A stretch of DNA of 64,000 nt, from contig OZ024746.1 in assembly GCA_964016885.1 (NCBI GenBank), forward strand, positions 29,698,001-29,762,000, written 5' to 3'. Numbering within the stretch: the first letter of the stretch is position 1; every line of letters starts with the position of its first letter. The notes under the pieces were generated by a model. That model saw only the letters and a list, made by a program, of their open reading frames with translations. It searched no databases and had not been told where the DNA came from. The translations under genes and the position numbers were made by a program. Below are positions 29,352 to 43,950 of the stretch, piece after piece. This stretch comes from Eledone cirrhosa. Lineage: Eukaryota.

Positions 29352-29729
29352 TTAATTAGGTTTATAATATTTAAAGGTTTTTCTCAGTTTATGATTACAC
29401 GATATTATTAATTCCTGTCGCTTATTTAATAGGATATCCTTAGATTTCATTATTTCAAAAAGTTCTTGGGAACATAATCTACATTCATTTCTACTATTTT
29501 GATAAGGGGTGGCCCTTTTGAGCACACTCCAGGTCAGGTCATATTCTATATTCCTCTTTCTATAACTATTTATTATTTCAGCTAGAGATGTTGTATTAGC
29601 TAGTGCGGCATTTTTAAAACTATGTTTGTGGGTATTAAATCTTACCTTAAATTTGTTAGAGGTAGCTCCTATATATGAATAAATTGAGTCCTTAGTGTTA
29701 ACTTTACATTTATATACTATGTTATTAAC
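29352..29729 (-). CDS. PLE GIY-YIG endonuclease domain, stop-free 125-codon frame, 5'-truncated and absent from the ORF track
   Basis: VNNIVYKCKV...YSYIGATSNKFKVRFNTHKHSF...TSLA...W...PY...CRLCSQE...LLNKRQELIISCNH...*. Confidence 0.85.
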   Translation of the reverse strand, partial: VNNIVYKCKVNTKDSIYSYIGATSNKFKVRFNTHKHSFKNAALANTTSLAEIINSYRKRNIEYDLTWSVLKRATPYQNSRNECRLCSQELFEIMKSKDILLNKRQELIISCNHKLRKTFKYYKPN

Positions 29730-29745
29730 ATATATACATATAAAT

Positions 29746-31600
29746 TATGATATAACGAAGTTTCACTTTCAATTCTTTTTTATTGTATATCGACCGTTTT
29801 ATACGTTTTATAAGAGAAATCGCCAAGTCCCTTAAATTACATGACCGAACCGAACCTTTAAGGTTAAAGACCCCGCACTTTAACCTGAAGGACCATAAGG
29901 GAAACTTCCTCAACAAACCATCAGTCAGACTTATCAACCCCACTCGTTCAGACATCGGCTCAGTAAGAAGATCCTAGATAGAGTTCTACCATCATTGCCG
30001 GTTGCCTCACCACTCCCACTCTGGAGCAGAACATCTGAGGCAATATCTTGGTTCCAAGAATTACCCGACAAACGCCACACTCGCTTCCTGCAATTCGACA
30101 TAGAAAACTACTATGCTTCTATCTCGGAGCCCCTCCTGAAGGACGCAATTACCTTTGCCAGGAACTTTACCATCATAACCGATGCTGAGCAAGTTGTTAT
30201 CCTCCACGCCCCTAAGACCTTTCTATACCACGATGGATCTTACTGGATCAACAAGAAGTCTCAGACCCCATTTGACGTCAGCATGGGAGCGAGTGACTCG
30301 GCTTAAATTAGCGACCTTATGGGCCTGTACATTTTACATCACCTGAAGAACCTCTTTACTGGCCTAACCGGAGGTTTATACCGAGACAACGGCCTCTTCG
30401 CCCTGCACAAGGTTAACCCCAGAACCACCGATGGGTTTCGGAGAAACTTAAGCTCGTTCTTCTGTAGTCTAGGATTTAGTATAACTATAGAATCTAATAT
30501 GACTAGGGCCAACTTCTTAGATGTCACTCTCAACCTAGATTCTTCCCTCTATTACCCGTACCACAAACCTAACGAGTCCCTTAGATATATTAATGTTAAT
30601 TCTAACCACCCCAAAAACATAACTGATAAATTAGTAAAATGCGTCTCTATTAGAATCTCTGGCCTCTCTGCCAATGAAGATATTTTTAACGCCTCTGCCT
30701 CCTACTACAATGACGCCCTCGCCCGCAGCGAATTTAAAGAAAAGATAACCTACGTAAAAACCACCGTAAGACTGCAGAGGAGGAATAGGCATAGGCATAT
30801 TAGCTGGTACAACCCCCCTTCAATGGAGAGGTCTCTACACCCATAGCTAGGATTTTCTTCACTTTGCTGAACACACACTTCCCCATACAACATATGTACT
30901 ACACCATCTTTAATAAGAACACAATAATACTCTCCTACTCCACCACACCTAACCTAGCTAGGAATATAGCCAATCACAATTCTAAAAAATTAAATACGCC
31001 AACCCCCTCCGAACCCAATCGCCGGACTGGGGCCTTGTGTAATTGCCTAAATAAGGAAGCCTGCCCACTTGAAAACAAATGCCTGACAAATGATATCGTA
31101 TGCAAATACGATGTCATCTCAGGCAGCGATGATTGCACAACAAAAAGACTTACATCGGCATGACTTCCAATAACTTTAAGACCCGTTGGTATGCCCATAC
31201 CCACTCCTTCAGAAGACCGGACAAATCAAACCAGACAACACTCGCCTCCTGTGTTTGGGACCTCAAAAGGAACTCCAACCCCTTCACGCTTAACTGGTAA
31301 ATACTCCAGAAAACGCGCTCTTACAACGGAGGACACAAAGAGCTACGGAATTTTATTCGTCAAGGGCTTGCTACTGAACAAAATCTCTGAACACTGCCCG
31401 AACTGCATGCACAAAGACTTTGCAACTTTCAAACACCTTAAGCCAGTGTTAATGCCCGATAGCTAAAAACGACTTCCCCCTTTTCGCCTCTCTACCTCCT
31501 ACCCACACCACCCTTAACCCTCCTCGACCTGGAACACGGCCACTATAGTTATGTGAGTACCTCTTACCTATCTGCATTTTCTGCTTGTAGAGCTGTTTTT
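29746..31600 (+). mobile_element. 5'-truncated Naiad-like PLE with inverted pseudo-LTR piece at its 5' end
   Basis: LKDHK, RLINP, FDIENYYASI, FDVSMG, GLYRDNG, NFLDVTLNL, SNHP, WYNPP, CNC...CPLENKC and IVCK..YIG, with multiple frameshifts. 29746-29808 is the inverse of 27771-27833. Confidence 0.9.
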
Positions 31601-31699
31601 ATGTGCCTGTGTATATGCGTATATTTATGAGTACTTATTTGCATGTATTTGTATGAGTGGCCGTTCGTTTGTATGCATATCGCCGTGTGTAGACGCGTT

Positions 31700-32985
<1,286 letters not shown>

Positions 32986-33036
32986 GAGAGACGTAAAATA
33001 AGAAAATTATAAAATTAACTTACTTACTAAAATTTC

Positions 33037-33119
33037 ACTCCCAACTAATTAGTTTCTGAAAGGGAATAAACATACTTTCCGAAGAAGCATACGCAGAAGC
33101 CTTTCGTCATCAGGGAAGT
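33037..33119 (-). ncRNA. Type I hammerhead with extended stem II (copy 1)
   Basis: ACUUCC-CUGAUGA-cGAAAGG...CCUUUCa-GAAACUAAUUAGUU-GGGAGU. Confidence 0.8.
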
Positions 33120-33560
33120 CTATTCTCAGCTAAGTTTCCAGGCAATACGTGGTCACAGGGAACTTATACAAAAATAATTCAGTGGATGGAAAAAAGCAAA
33201 GCGTGGACTAAACTCCAAGCCATTGAGAAAATCACTGCCTACTGCGTCGGTGGCAAATTCAAAAAAATCAATCACGTGACAGCGAGGTCAATCAGTGGAG
33301 AGTGGTTTGTTAAGAAGACAGCAGCCGGACTGTTGCTATAGCAGCAGTTTTGGCCAATTTTTGTTCGACAAATAATTTGGAGATAATTATAAAGAATTAG
33401 TATATCTAGTAACATATATATACACAGATGCATACTTATGCTAGCAAATATATAGGTTTTGTCTTAGTAACTTTGTGGTTCAATGCATCGGGTTGCAGAT
33501 CAATAATATGAGAGACGTAAAATAAGAAAATTATAAAATTAACTTACTTACTAAAATTTC

Positions 33561-33643
33561 ACTCCCAACTAATTAGTTTCTGAAAGGGAATAAACATACT
33601 TTCCGAAGAAGCGTACGGAGAAGCCTTTCGTCATCAGGGAAGT
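33561..33643 (-). ncRNA. Type I hammerhead with extended stem II (copy 2)
   Basis: Same as copy 1, shifted by 524 bp. Confidence 0.8.
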
Positions 33644-33658
33644 CTATTCTCAGCTAAG

Positions 33659-33754
<96 letters not shown>

Positions 33755-33790
33755 TTCACAAGAATCAAAGCTATGTTCAAAACATTCATT

Positions 33791-33837
33791 CGCTGACAAT
33801 TGTTTCTTCCACACCTAGACTTGGAATCTTCGGAGCA
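33791..33837 (-). ncRNA. Hammerhead-like motif, CCGAAGA variant, same family as 9955 and 10423
   Basis: UGCU-CCGAAGA-UUCCA..UGGAA-GAAACAAUUGUC-AGCG. Confidence 0.65.
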
Positions 33838-35466
33838 TTTTTAATGTTTGTACATATAATTGACCTCTTACCCAACGCAAGAGACATACAGATACATATG
33901 TATATATTGATGTACAATGTGGAGTTGATGCGACATATATTATACTATACTATATTTGTACTGTAATTCAAATTAAAATCAAAATTTAAAAACAAGATTA
34001 AAATACATGCGACAGATAACACAGAGAATAGTCTAATAATCAGATCAAATAGTTAGTGTATGCGATAGTCATATATGGAGCAAGCAAATGTGTCATTTAT
34101 ATATGAGTATTGTGTGGCAAGATATTACATGTAATACAAGCACTTTAAGCGGGTATGCAAGAGTATTATAGTGGTTGCAGTGCGAGGGTATTTTCTGTAT
34201 CGATCACATAAGTATCTGTGCAGAAAAAGAAAGTTATAGTTTTCACATCCACCACCATTTTCACATCCAGAAAAAGGAAGTTATAGTTTTCACATCCATT
34301 ACATATGTTACGATGTATTTGTATTGAATGTTTGTTGTAGTAAAGGATTGTAACGTATTGAAACTCAGTGTTATTAATCCATATTTATAGACTAGGTTCT
34401 TTCGGCTGCGAGGATTTACAGCGGTTTAATATCCGGAAGTAGGTATGTAATTAAGGGGAGCTAATGCGTAAGGGAAGGTAACTAGCTGATTCTCATAACT
34501 AAATTCATTGCTCTAACATACATTATATGGTGCCTCAATTGAGTCTCTTATATAAAAGGTTATATATTTATATTTAATTTTAAATCCGGTTTACTCTCTC
34601 ATAATGTATTAAAGGTTTCAATAGCCAGTTGTTTACTCATTAAATGTACTGGGTAATTTCTGGCCTTGTGCCAATAGTAGAAACAATTATTATATAGTGC
34701 TATAATTGAATTTCCCACCCAAAGTGCTATATCTTTATATCAAATTAACCTTAAATAAGTCTACTCCCAAAACATATTAAAGGTTCAATTAGATTTTTGT
34801 CTACCTAACCCTTGGTAAGCTATGGAACAGCGTACAGCTGTTTGCATGATAAATTAGATACATCTCTTGAGTGAACAAATTCATCCCCCATATACAATGT
34901 TATTAATCTATCCATTTAGTTATAAATGCATATATAATTCATATATAATTCATTACTCCATATTACATATAAGTTAGACACATCACTTATATTAATAAAT
35001 TAATCCTATATATACCCAATGGTATTAATTTATACATTAATTACAAATGCATATATAATTCATTGTTGTATCTAATATTTAAAGTTTATATAAACTGTAT
35101 TATATTTAAATCACTATATAATTATAAGTAATCTAAAGTAATTATATTAAAAGGTGGTGATTATAAGGATATTTCTAGGGTATAAAGTTATAGATAGAAT
35201 GATTTGTGTACAGGAAGGTAGTAATAAATTACTGACCTTCCCTGTTTATAAATTAAAATATACATAACTATAAATAGTATCCTTAATATTATATATATAT
35301 ATTAGATATGTCTCATTTGAAATAATACAGCCAATTTTCCACGCAATACTTTTAGTTAGCACCCCGAACACATAATTGGGAATATAATCACTTATTTCCT
35401 AATTGTTGTTGAGTGAGTTGGAATTTGGCCGGAGTATCGCTAAAAAGCTTTCTCCGATATTGTATT

Positions 35467-35595
<129 letters not shown>

Positions 35596-36032
35596 TGTCT
35601 GTCGACACCTGGAATATAGCTTAAGAGAAATTTGAAGATAATGATATGATAGGCACCCAATATTTTAAACTGGTTTATAGAATTCTCTTGGCCTTTGTCA
35701 CTCTAAGTAGAACTTTAAAGAATTTGCTTTTAAAGAATTTCCCTTTTCTTTAAATCCATCAACCATGACCGACCCCCAACGATCTTATAGACAGCTGAAA
35801 TATAGGCATTGTTAGCTTAAAGGAACTTAAAAATAAGGTATGGCACCCCATTCTGAACTTGTTTATAGAATTCTTTCTGCCTTTGTCACTCTAAATATAA
35901 ATTATAGCTTTAAAGAATTAGCTTTTAATGAATTCCCTTTTCTATCAACCAATGACCTCTACCAATTCCACTCCCCACCCTCTCCTACCACCTTAAAAGA
36001 GCTATAAATACAATATTTATTTTTGGAAAGCC

Positions 36033-36083
36033 AGATTCCTGATGATTTCTAAAGAATGAAAGAGTTCTTGTCCTGTAGAATCT
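36033..36083 (+). ncRNA. Hammerhead motif with damaged stem III
   Basis: AGAUUC-CUGAUGA-uUUCuaaaGAAu-GAAA...GUA-GAAUCU, at the end of a segment duplicated with about 190-bp period (35650-35960). Confidence 0.55.
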
Positions 36084-36085
36084 CA

Positions 36086-36154
<69 letters not shown>

Positions 36155-36290
36155 AGAATTAGCCGTCAAAAAGGCTTGAGCTCAGCCGTCGGGGTCCTAC
36201 TCGTTCCTATTACCCACTCTACTACCCTAAGTATTGAGTACTTTGGTGCGTTATGGTCCACCTGGTTCCTTACCACATTTCCTTCGTTAT
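36155..36290 (+). mobile_element. Short pseudo-LTR 3' fragment (family also at 38025-38157 and 51131-51230)
   Basis: Near-identical about 130-bp sequence in (TA)n, carrying a GAAAC-stem-GUC hammerhead 3' half when the copies are compared. Confidence 0.7.
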
Positions 36291-36313
36291 ATATATATAT
36301 ATGTGTGTGTGAG

Positions 36314-36374
<61 letters not shown>

Positions 36375-36382
<8 letters not shown>

Positions 36383-37065
36383 GAATAATCGAGTATCGAA
36401 AAATCGGCGCACGAGTTCACGATAAACAAAATTCGACATGAGTGGCAGAGGGCTCAATAATTCAGATAAATCAGAGCTATAACTACCGTTAAAATACCAA
36501 CACACATAGATTATGTCTAAAATCAACCATCGACCGAAAAATTACGATCCGGAATAAATCAATAAATCATATGAATGTAAAAAGCTTACCCGGACCCGCT
36601 AGAAAGATGGTAAATCTAGCTTCTTGGGTTTCTGTAAATCCTTAAATCGCCCACTATCAGCCCACATAAAAATATATAAGACTTCTAGGGAGCGGCGGAC
36701 AGGAAATACTTTATCAACGAGCTTTGTCCAAACGAATAAAAAAGCACAACCCTAGCTGAAAACGCACATGGAATCCAGCAAGGGAGATAACCTCTATATC
36801 CGCGAAAAATATTCTGGAATGTGGAAAATCACATATCGAATAAGAGTGCTCAATAGGCATGTTAAAATAAACAGGAGCTATTCATCATTTAATAGAATCG
36901 ACAAAAAATGAACAATAAAATTAACTGGTCAATAGCTAAGTCTAGAGCTAAATATAGTAGAATAATCGAGTATCGAAAAATCGGCGCACGAGTTCACGAT
37001 AAACAAAATTCGACATGAGTGGCAGAGGGCTCAATAATTCAGATAAATCAGAGCTATAACTATCG

Positions 37066-37068
<3 letters not shown>
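36375..37068 (-). mobile_element. Non-coding tandem-unit element: 117-bp terminal direct repeats, 577-bp period
   Basis: 36375-36491 equals 36952-37068 (1 substitution), (TA)n flanks, and it is homologous to 55266-55950 in opposite orientation. Confidence 0.85.
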
Positions 37069-37117
<49 letters not shown>

Positions 37118-37323
37118 CGAGAAAGTTCTCCAGGATAGTTAACCAGGAATCTTTAAAAATCACCGAAGTTAATAAAGAACTTACTAGACCTACAAAACCA
37201 AATCGTAAAATCATAATATTATAAAATTAAATCAAATTGTTTAGAACTACAACTGTAGTCATTCTTTTCCTTCTTTTAAATATACCTAACTGTACCAAGG
37301 ATTTCACACATTTTCCACTACAA

Positions 37324-37405
<82 letters not shown>

Positions 37406-37699
37406 TGTCATTTTAATAAATATATATATAGTTAATAAATGAAACAAAGAAAACACAGGAGGCACTTTTTTACACGGTTATATTAGGTTAATACACACTC
37501 TGTTATACCATTGAGCGCTCACACTGTTGTGACCTCCAGTTATCAACAAAATTACTGAATAACAATGAATACATACAAGCACGCGTGCACACACACATGT
37601 ATATATATATATATATATATATATATGAGCGGAACAAGTAAACATTAAATAATCTTTTAAATAAATTAAAATACGATTTAAATATTTACCTCTTCTAGT

Positions 37700-37780
37700 G
37701 CCATGACCGTACGGTTTCGCTTATCAAAAGATTGGAAATTCAGAGAATTTCCAATGGAAAGATATAGCTCTTCAGATAGC
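37700..37780 (-). ncRNA. Type I hammerhead with fully canonical core and extended stem II
   Basis: GCUAU-CUGAAGA-GCU..UAUC..AUUGGAAAUUC-ucu-GAAUUUCCAAU..GAUA-AGC-GAAACCGUACGGUC-AUGGC. Confidence 0.88.
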
Positions 37781-37878
37781 TTTTCCAAATCTACTAGACA
37801 TAAGTCCGTATAGATGTAGATATATCACCCTCTGCCCAGTGAATGAATCAAGCCGTTAAAATGACCCACACACTTATC

Positions 37879-38289
<411 letters not shown>

Positions 38290-39485
38290 GCTTATCTCTG
38301 CTACATGTGTACATATATGTGTAGATATCTAAGTGTATGTCGCTGTGTAGTTTTAAAATGTGTGTTTAAGCTAAACAACATGTTAGTAGTAAAGTCGATG
38401 GTTTACTTCAATCACGTCTCTAAGCAAAACAACGGAAAGTTTCACTATCAGAAAATCCGAGGGGGAAAGACATCTTTAAATATATGTTTCGTTTTTCATA
38501 GAAACTAAAGCATCAACGTGTCCTTCACATGCAATAAGGACACACTCACATGATCACATTGATACACACACACACTCTCTCTCTCATGTAACTACATTCA
38601 TATACATACACTCACACCTCCCTTTTATTAATTCACACGTACACTATCTCTTATACGCACACACCATCATACACACACATCTCTCATATATATAGATACA
38701 CATTCATACATAGACATGCACACACGTAAACAAACTTATGTTACACTCTATCCTCATTCACACACACCGTCTCCCATGACCATATACACGTATACATTAT
38801 CACAGGCACACTCACAAATACTATCTCCTCATTCACAGACGCTCGCACTCAGTATCATCTAAATCCGCACTCACTATCATCTACATCCGCACACTATCTT
38901 ACATATCTACACACTATCTGTTACATCCGCACATAAACACACACATGCACAATCTCAGTGTTCTACACACACCCACACGCTAACACGCATACAATCACTG
39001 ACACAAACCCAAACTCACACACAATTTCAAAAACACAAACGTACACACATATACACACTAACACAAACATACAAGCACATATACATACGCAGACACACAA
39101 TCACTGATACAAAATCAAACACACACATATAGACAATGACGCACACAAACATACGCAAACACACACACACCACACACACACCCACCTACACACACACTCG
39201 TCTACACTAAAAACCCAATCTTTCTTCTACCTGTTATCTACATCGTCTACACCTCTCATGAATCAATACTCTAAAAATAAACATGTTTCAATTGTCGTTC
39301 TGGGTAAAAAAAATAAATATGAAATTTAAAAATATATATAATTTAACAAATAAAACAATTTTAAAAAATAATAAATAAAATAAGGTAAAATAAATATTGA
39401 TATTTTAAATCAATACAAATTTGTTATGGAAGATCAAGCCAAAACGTAATAGAATATGTGGGACGCGGAGTATATATATTTTTAG

Positions 39486-40582
39486 AATGTATATAACCAG
39501 TTAGTGTAGCTGGGCTATATATAGAACATGTATAACCTGGTAGCCTTTAAAGCTGAGCTAATAAATAAAATGTATATAACCAGTTAGTGTAGCTGGGCTA
39601 TATATAGAACATATATAACCTGGTAGCCTTTAGAACTGAGCTAATAAATAAAATGTATATAACCAGTTAGTGTAGCTGGGCTATATATAGAACATATATA
39701 ACCTGGTAGCATTTAGAACTGAGCTAATAAATAAAATGTATATAACCAGTTAGTGTAGCTGGGCTATATATAGAACATATATAACCTGGTAGCATTTAGA
39801 ACTGAGCTAATAAATAAAATGTATATAACCAGTTAGTGTAGCTGGGCTATATATAGAACATGTATAACCTGGTAGCCTTTAAAGCTGAGTTAATAAATAA
39901 AATGTATATAACCAGTTAGTGTAGCTGGGCTATATATAGAACATATATAACCTGGTAGCCTTTAGAACTGAGCTAATAAATAAAATGTATATAACCAGTT
40001 AGTGTAGCTGGGCTATATATAGAACATGTATAACCTGGTAGCCTTTAGAGCTGAGCTAATAAATAAAATGTATATAACCAGTTAGTGTAGCTGGGCTATA
40101 TATAGAACATGTATAACCTGGTAGCCTTTAGAGCTGAGCTAATAAATAAAATGTATATAACCAGTTAGTGTAGCTGGGCTATATATAGAACATGTATAAC
40201 CTGGTAGCATTTAGAACTGAGCTAATAAATAAAATGTATATAACCAGTTAGTGTAGCTGGGCTATATATAGAACATGTATAACCTGGTAGCCTTTAGAGC
40301 TGAGCTAATAAATAAAATGTATATAACCAGTTAGTGCAGCTGGGCTATATATAGAACATATATAACCTGGTAGCATTTAGAACTGAGCTAATAAATAAAA
40401 TGTATATAACCAGTTAATGTAGCTGGGCTATATATAGAACATATATAACCTGGTAGCCTTTAGAACTGAGCTAATAAATAAAATGTATATAACCAGTTAA
40501 TGTAGCTGGGCTATATATAGAACATATATAACCTGGTAGCCTTTAGAACTGAGCTAATAAATAAAATGTATATAACCAGTTA
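39486..40582. repeat. 83-bp minisatellite, about 13 copies
   Basis: Unit AATGTATATAACCAGTTAGTGTAGCTGGGCTATATATAGAACATRTATAACCTGGTAGCMTTTARARCTGAGCTAATAAATAA with constant period. Confidence 0.97.
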
Positions 40583-41501
40583 CAATGTAGAGCTGTGGTA
40601 ATATTTACAATGTAGTTCTTTGGTAATATTTACATTGTATATAAACACGAGGGAGAGGTAGAAACAAAGAATACTTTTATAATATATCTTGAGAGAAGAT
40701 TAAGGGGCTGAGAATATAGTTACGATATAAACCGGGCTCACAGAGTACACCCTGTAAGATATCAATGTTGAGGCTAGGATAAGATGCATCCAGTTCAATC
40801 TGTAAAATAGTAGTCACGAAAAAGTTGACAGTTCACTCAGTAAGGTGGCAGGTGCTAGGAAGGGTCCTCAGACGTAATTAGAAAGACGACGTCGTTCCCA
40901 GCCGTTTTCTCTCATACCTTGATAACCCATTCAACCCATGCCAGCATAGAAGGTGAACATAAACTGATGATGATTATGATATCGATAAACCTGAAAGAGT
41001 GTAGAGGGCGAGAAATACTTGGAATATAAAATCAGGCTAGAGTGTGTGTGTGTTTAGAGTAAAACGAAAGATTTAGAATGTAAACTGTGTAGATTGTTAG
41101 TTGTTGTAGGTAGAGGACTATATTTACGACGTAAACACAAACACAATCTTTTAAAATATTCAGTTTGATAATAGATTTTAACAGGAAATTGATTGAGTAC
41201 ATGTATTCAAACACATATATATATATAAGTGTGTTTGGGGTATAGGTCTGAAGGAAGCGATTTGTTTTTTTTACTAGTTCATGTCTTGTGTGTTATGTAT
41301 TTATTAAAGGAGATGCAGTTTAGGTGTATGAACTATATTTGAGTTCGTAGATAGTTTTAGATAAGAAACAGTTTGTTCGCATTTATGTTTGGGCGTTTAG
41401 CTGTTATATTACAAATATATAGATAAATGTGTGATCCCGCACAGTTATTCGCAAACAATTCTGGCGTTCCACTAGATCAGATATATTATATAATTTAGTA
41501 A

Positions 41502-41683
41502 TGGTGAATTGGCAGTATCGGTAGAGGGTCGGACGCCATGCTTTCCAGCATAGTTACGTCCCTTTACGGTCTGAGTTCAAATCCCGTCAAGGTTAACTTT
41601 GCCTTTCATCCTTACGGGGTCAATAAAATAAAGAACTAGTAATGTACTGAGTAATTGCTGGCCTTGTGCCAAAAGTAGAAGCA
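41502..41683 (+). mobile_element. Full-length SINE (Meta-domain-like) with 17-bp target-site duplication
   Basis: ATTATATAATTTAGTAA at both 41485-41501 and 41684-41700; tRNA-like head with GAGTTCAAATCC. Confidence 0.85.
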
Positions 41684-41829
41684 ATTATATAATTTAGTAA
41701 CATTTTTAGTCACGTAGTTTTGGTGTAAATGTGTTATTGGTCTAAAAATCATTTGTTTTAGTTTCTCTCTCATCAAATGTAGGACGGTAGCGATTGCCAG
41801 TAAAATATATCATATAAGTATGCCATAAT

Positions 41830-41928
<99 letters not shown>

Positions 41929-42221
41929 TAGCTTCTTATACAATGCCATGTGGAGTGAGAACTAAACACTTAGCCATTAGCTCAAATTCTTCTTAAGAAC
42001 ATGAGTATGTTCAAGTTTCACAAAGGAACCAAACCGAAGCAGATACTTCACGGTATCGTCATGTCATATTTTTCCTTCCTGAGTGGAAACACTCAAGGAA
42101 TTTAAACAAGTTTTAATCGCCTTAATATAGGTTTCTATATTTTATTAACTTTTCTTTTTCCACACTTACATAATGCGCTACACATTCTATACTGTGCAAC
42201 CTAATAGGTTAATAAATATAA

Positions 42222-42441
42222 AGAAAAAAAGGAACGATCGACTTTCGTCAAATCGGACCGAGGGAACAATGTTTCCGTTGGTCTTTCCAATTGCTAATAC
42301 TATCTATCGGTCGCAACTCCAGGTAGAAGGAGCAACGTGAAATAAAGTGTCTTGCTCAAGGACATAACGCATCACCTTGAGCAAGACACCTTATTTCACG
42401 TTGCTCCTTCTACCTGGAGTTGCGACCGATAGATAGTATAA
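42222..42441. mobile_element. SINE-derived insert with a 65-bp fold-back, flanked by 52-bp direct repeats
   Basis: Arms 42297-42361 and 42375-42439; direct repeats 42170-42221 and 42442-42493. Confidence 0.85.
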
Positions 42442-42719
42442 ATAATGCGCTACACATTCTATACTATACAACCTAATAGGTTAATAAATATAACCATCTC
42501 TATATTACATACTCCCACATAATACCATACATCTGCTATATTGCGAACTCACTAACACGCGAACACATATATTGTCATTTCAAATTTACATCCTTGAGTT
42601 ATTTCCTTTTGTTTTCATAAAGTTATTTCATAGAGTTCTTTCCTTTTGAGTTCTTTCCTTTTGTTTTCATAAAGAAACATTTAACATGCTATACTTTTAA
42701 CTGTATCATCAAACTCATC

Positions 42720-42807
42720 CAAGCGCTGGATGACTAGATTACAAATTTGATCGCTCTTACATTGTGAGATGGTCAAAATTGGACCTAGAAACCTTAGATA
42801 GCGCTTG
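42720..42807 (+). ncRNA. Decayed long-stem-II hammerhead (family shared with 63201-63358)
   Basis: Stem I CAAGCGC/GCGCUUG, core (C)UGGAUGA and GAAAC, stem II UUUGAUCG/UGGUCAAA plus UCUUA/UGAGA. Confidence 0.55.
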
Positions 42808-42824
42808 TTTTCTGTGTATAAGCA

Positions 42825-42884
<60 letters not shown>

Positions 42885-42930
42885 GTAATAATAATACGAT
42901 TCTTTGCCTAAACTTTAATCTGTTATTTTA

Positions 42931-42966
<36 letters not shown>

Positions 42967-43595
42967 ATATATGTATGTATGAATGTATCTATAATGTGTG
43001 TGTATACTTACATGTATATTGTATGTTATGTATAAATATTTATGCCTGCTGCGTTGTCCGTGTGGATGTATGTGATTCCGACTAATAATACCAGAAGAAA
43101 AACGAAGAAAGTGAAAGTATGGATGAACAACAATGATGAGGAAAGAAAACATGGAAGACTGGATCAGTAGATATAAACAAACAGCCCAATTATTGTAGAT
43201 TCCATGTAAATACAGAAGTGGAGTTGTGTGGAGTATATGACGATGGATTAATGGATCAACAATCGCAATAAATAAAGGAATACAATCTAAACAGAAGGAA
43301 AAGATGGAATATAGTTAGAGAGATCAATAATTATGGACTGAAATAAGCATAATAATATTAAATTGAGAAAAATATTTATGAAAAAAATTTAGAAAGAAAG
43401 TATTGATTTTGCCCAAACATGTTGACTGGTCGATTAGATTAATTCTATAATTATATTAATATTTATTTCATTCATCCAGAAATAACAGAATATAAAAGTA
43501 GTATGAGGAATTGAAACCGAGAACTGAAAATTTTATAAAAAAGCTGCAGGGATTCCATATGGTTCGTGAGACCAGAAATCTGTATCTGAACAGAC

Positions 43596-43950
43596 ATAAT
43601 ACCATAGTATATCTACAATTATTTTCATATATAATACCATACCGTATCTACAATTGTTTACATATATAATACCATACCGTATCTACAATTGTTTAGATAA
43701 GTAATACCATAGTATATCTACAATTGTTTGCATATGTAATAACATACCGTATCAACAACTGTTTACATATATATTACCATTTATTTGAATATATAGGACC
43801 ATGAAAGAACTATAATAATTTAGATATGTAATACTATAATAGAACTATAGATATTTAGTTATATAACATTTTAATAGAACTATAATTATTTAGGCATGTA
43901 ATACTATAAAACTATAAATATTTAAATATGTAATACTATAATAGAACTAC
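43596..43950. repeat. Two adjacent degenerate minisatellites of about 35 bp
   Basis: ATAATACCATAsyrTATCTACAATTGTTT about 5 times, then AGAACTATAATAATTTAGATATGTAATACTATAAT about 4 times. Confidence 0.8.

Larger units (their letters stand above)
27880..29729 (-). mobile_element. 5'-truncated Naiad-like PLE: GIY-YIG, 3' UTR and HHR-bearing pseudo-LTR
   Basis: Open endonuclease frame, a duplication of about 112 bp at 29154-29368, a duplication of about 230 bp at 28050-28400, an HHR at 27933-28074, and a (TA)n boundary. Confidence 0.85.

Noticed and set aside
34500-34900. Possible minus-strand GIY-YIG tail (LAIE...KPDL)
   Set aside because: Similarity is too weak to support by eye.
39486-40582. 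CRISPR-like appearance of the 83-bp array
   Set aside because: No unique spacers, no cas genes and a eukaryotic context.
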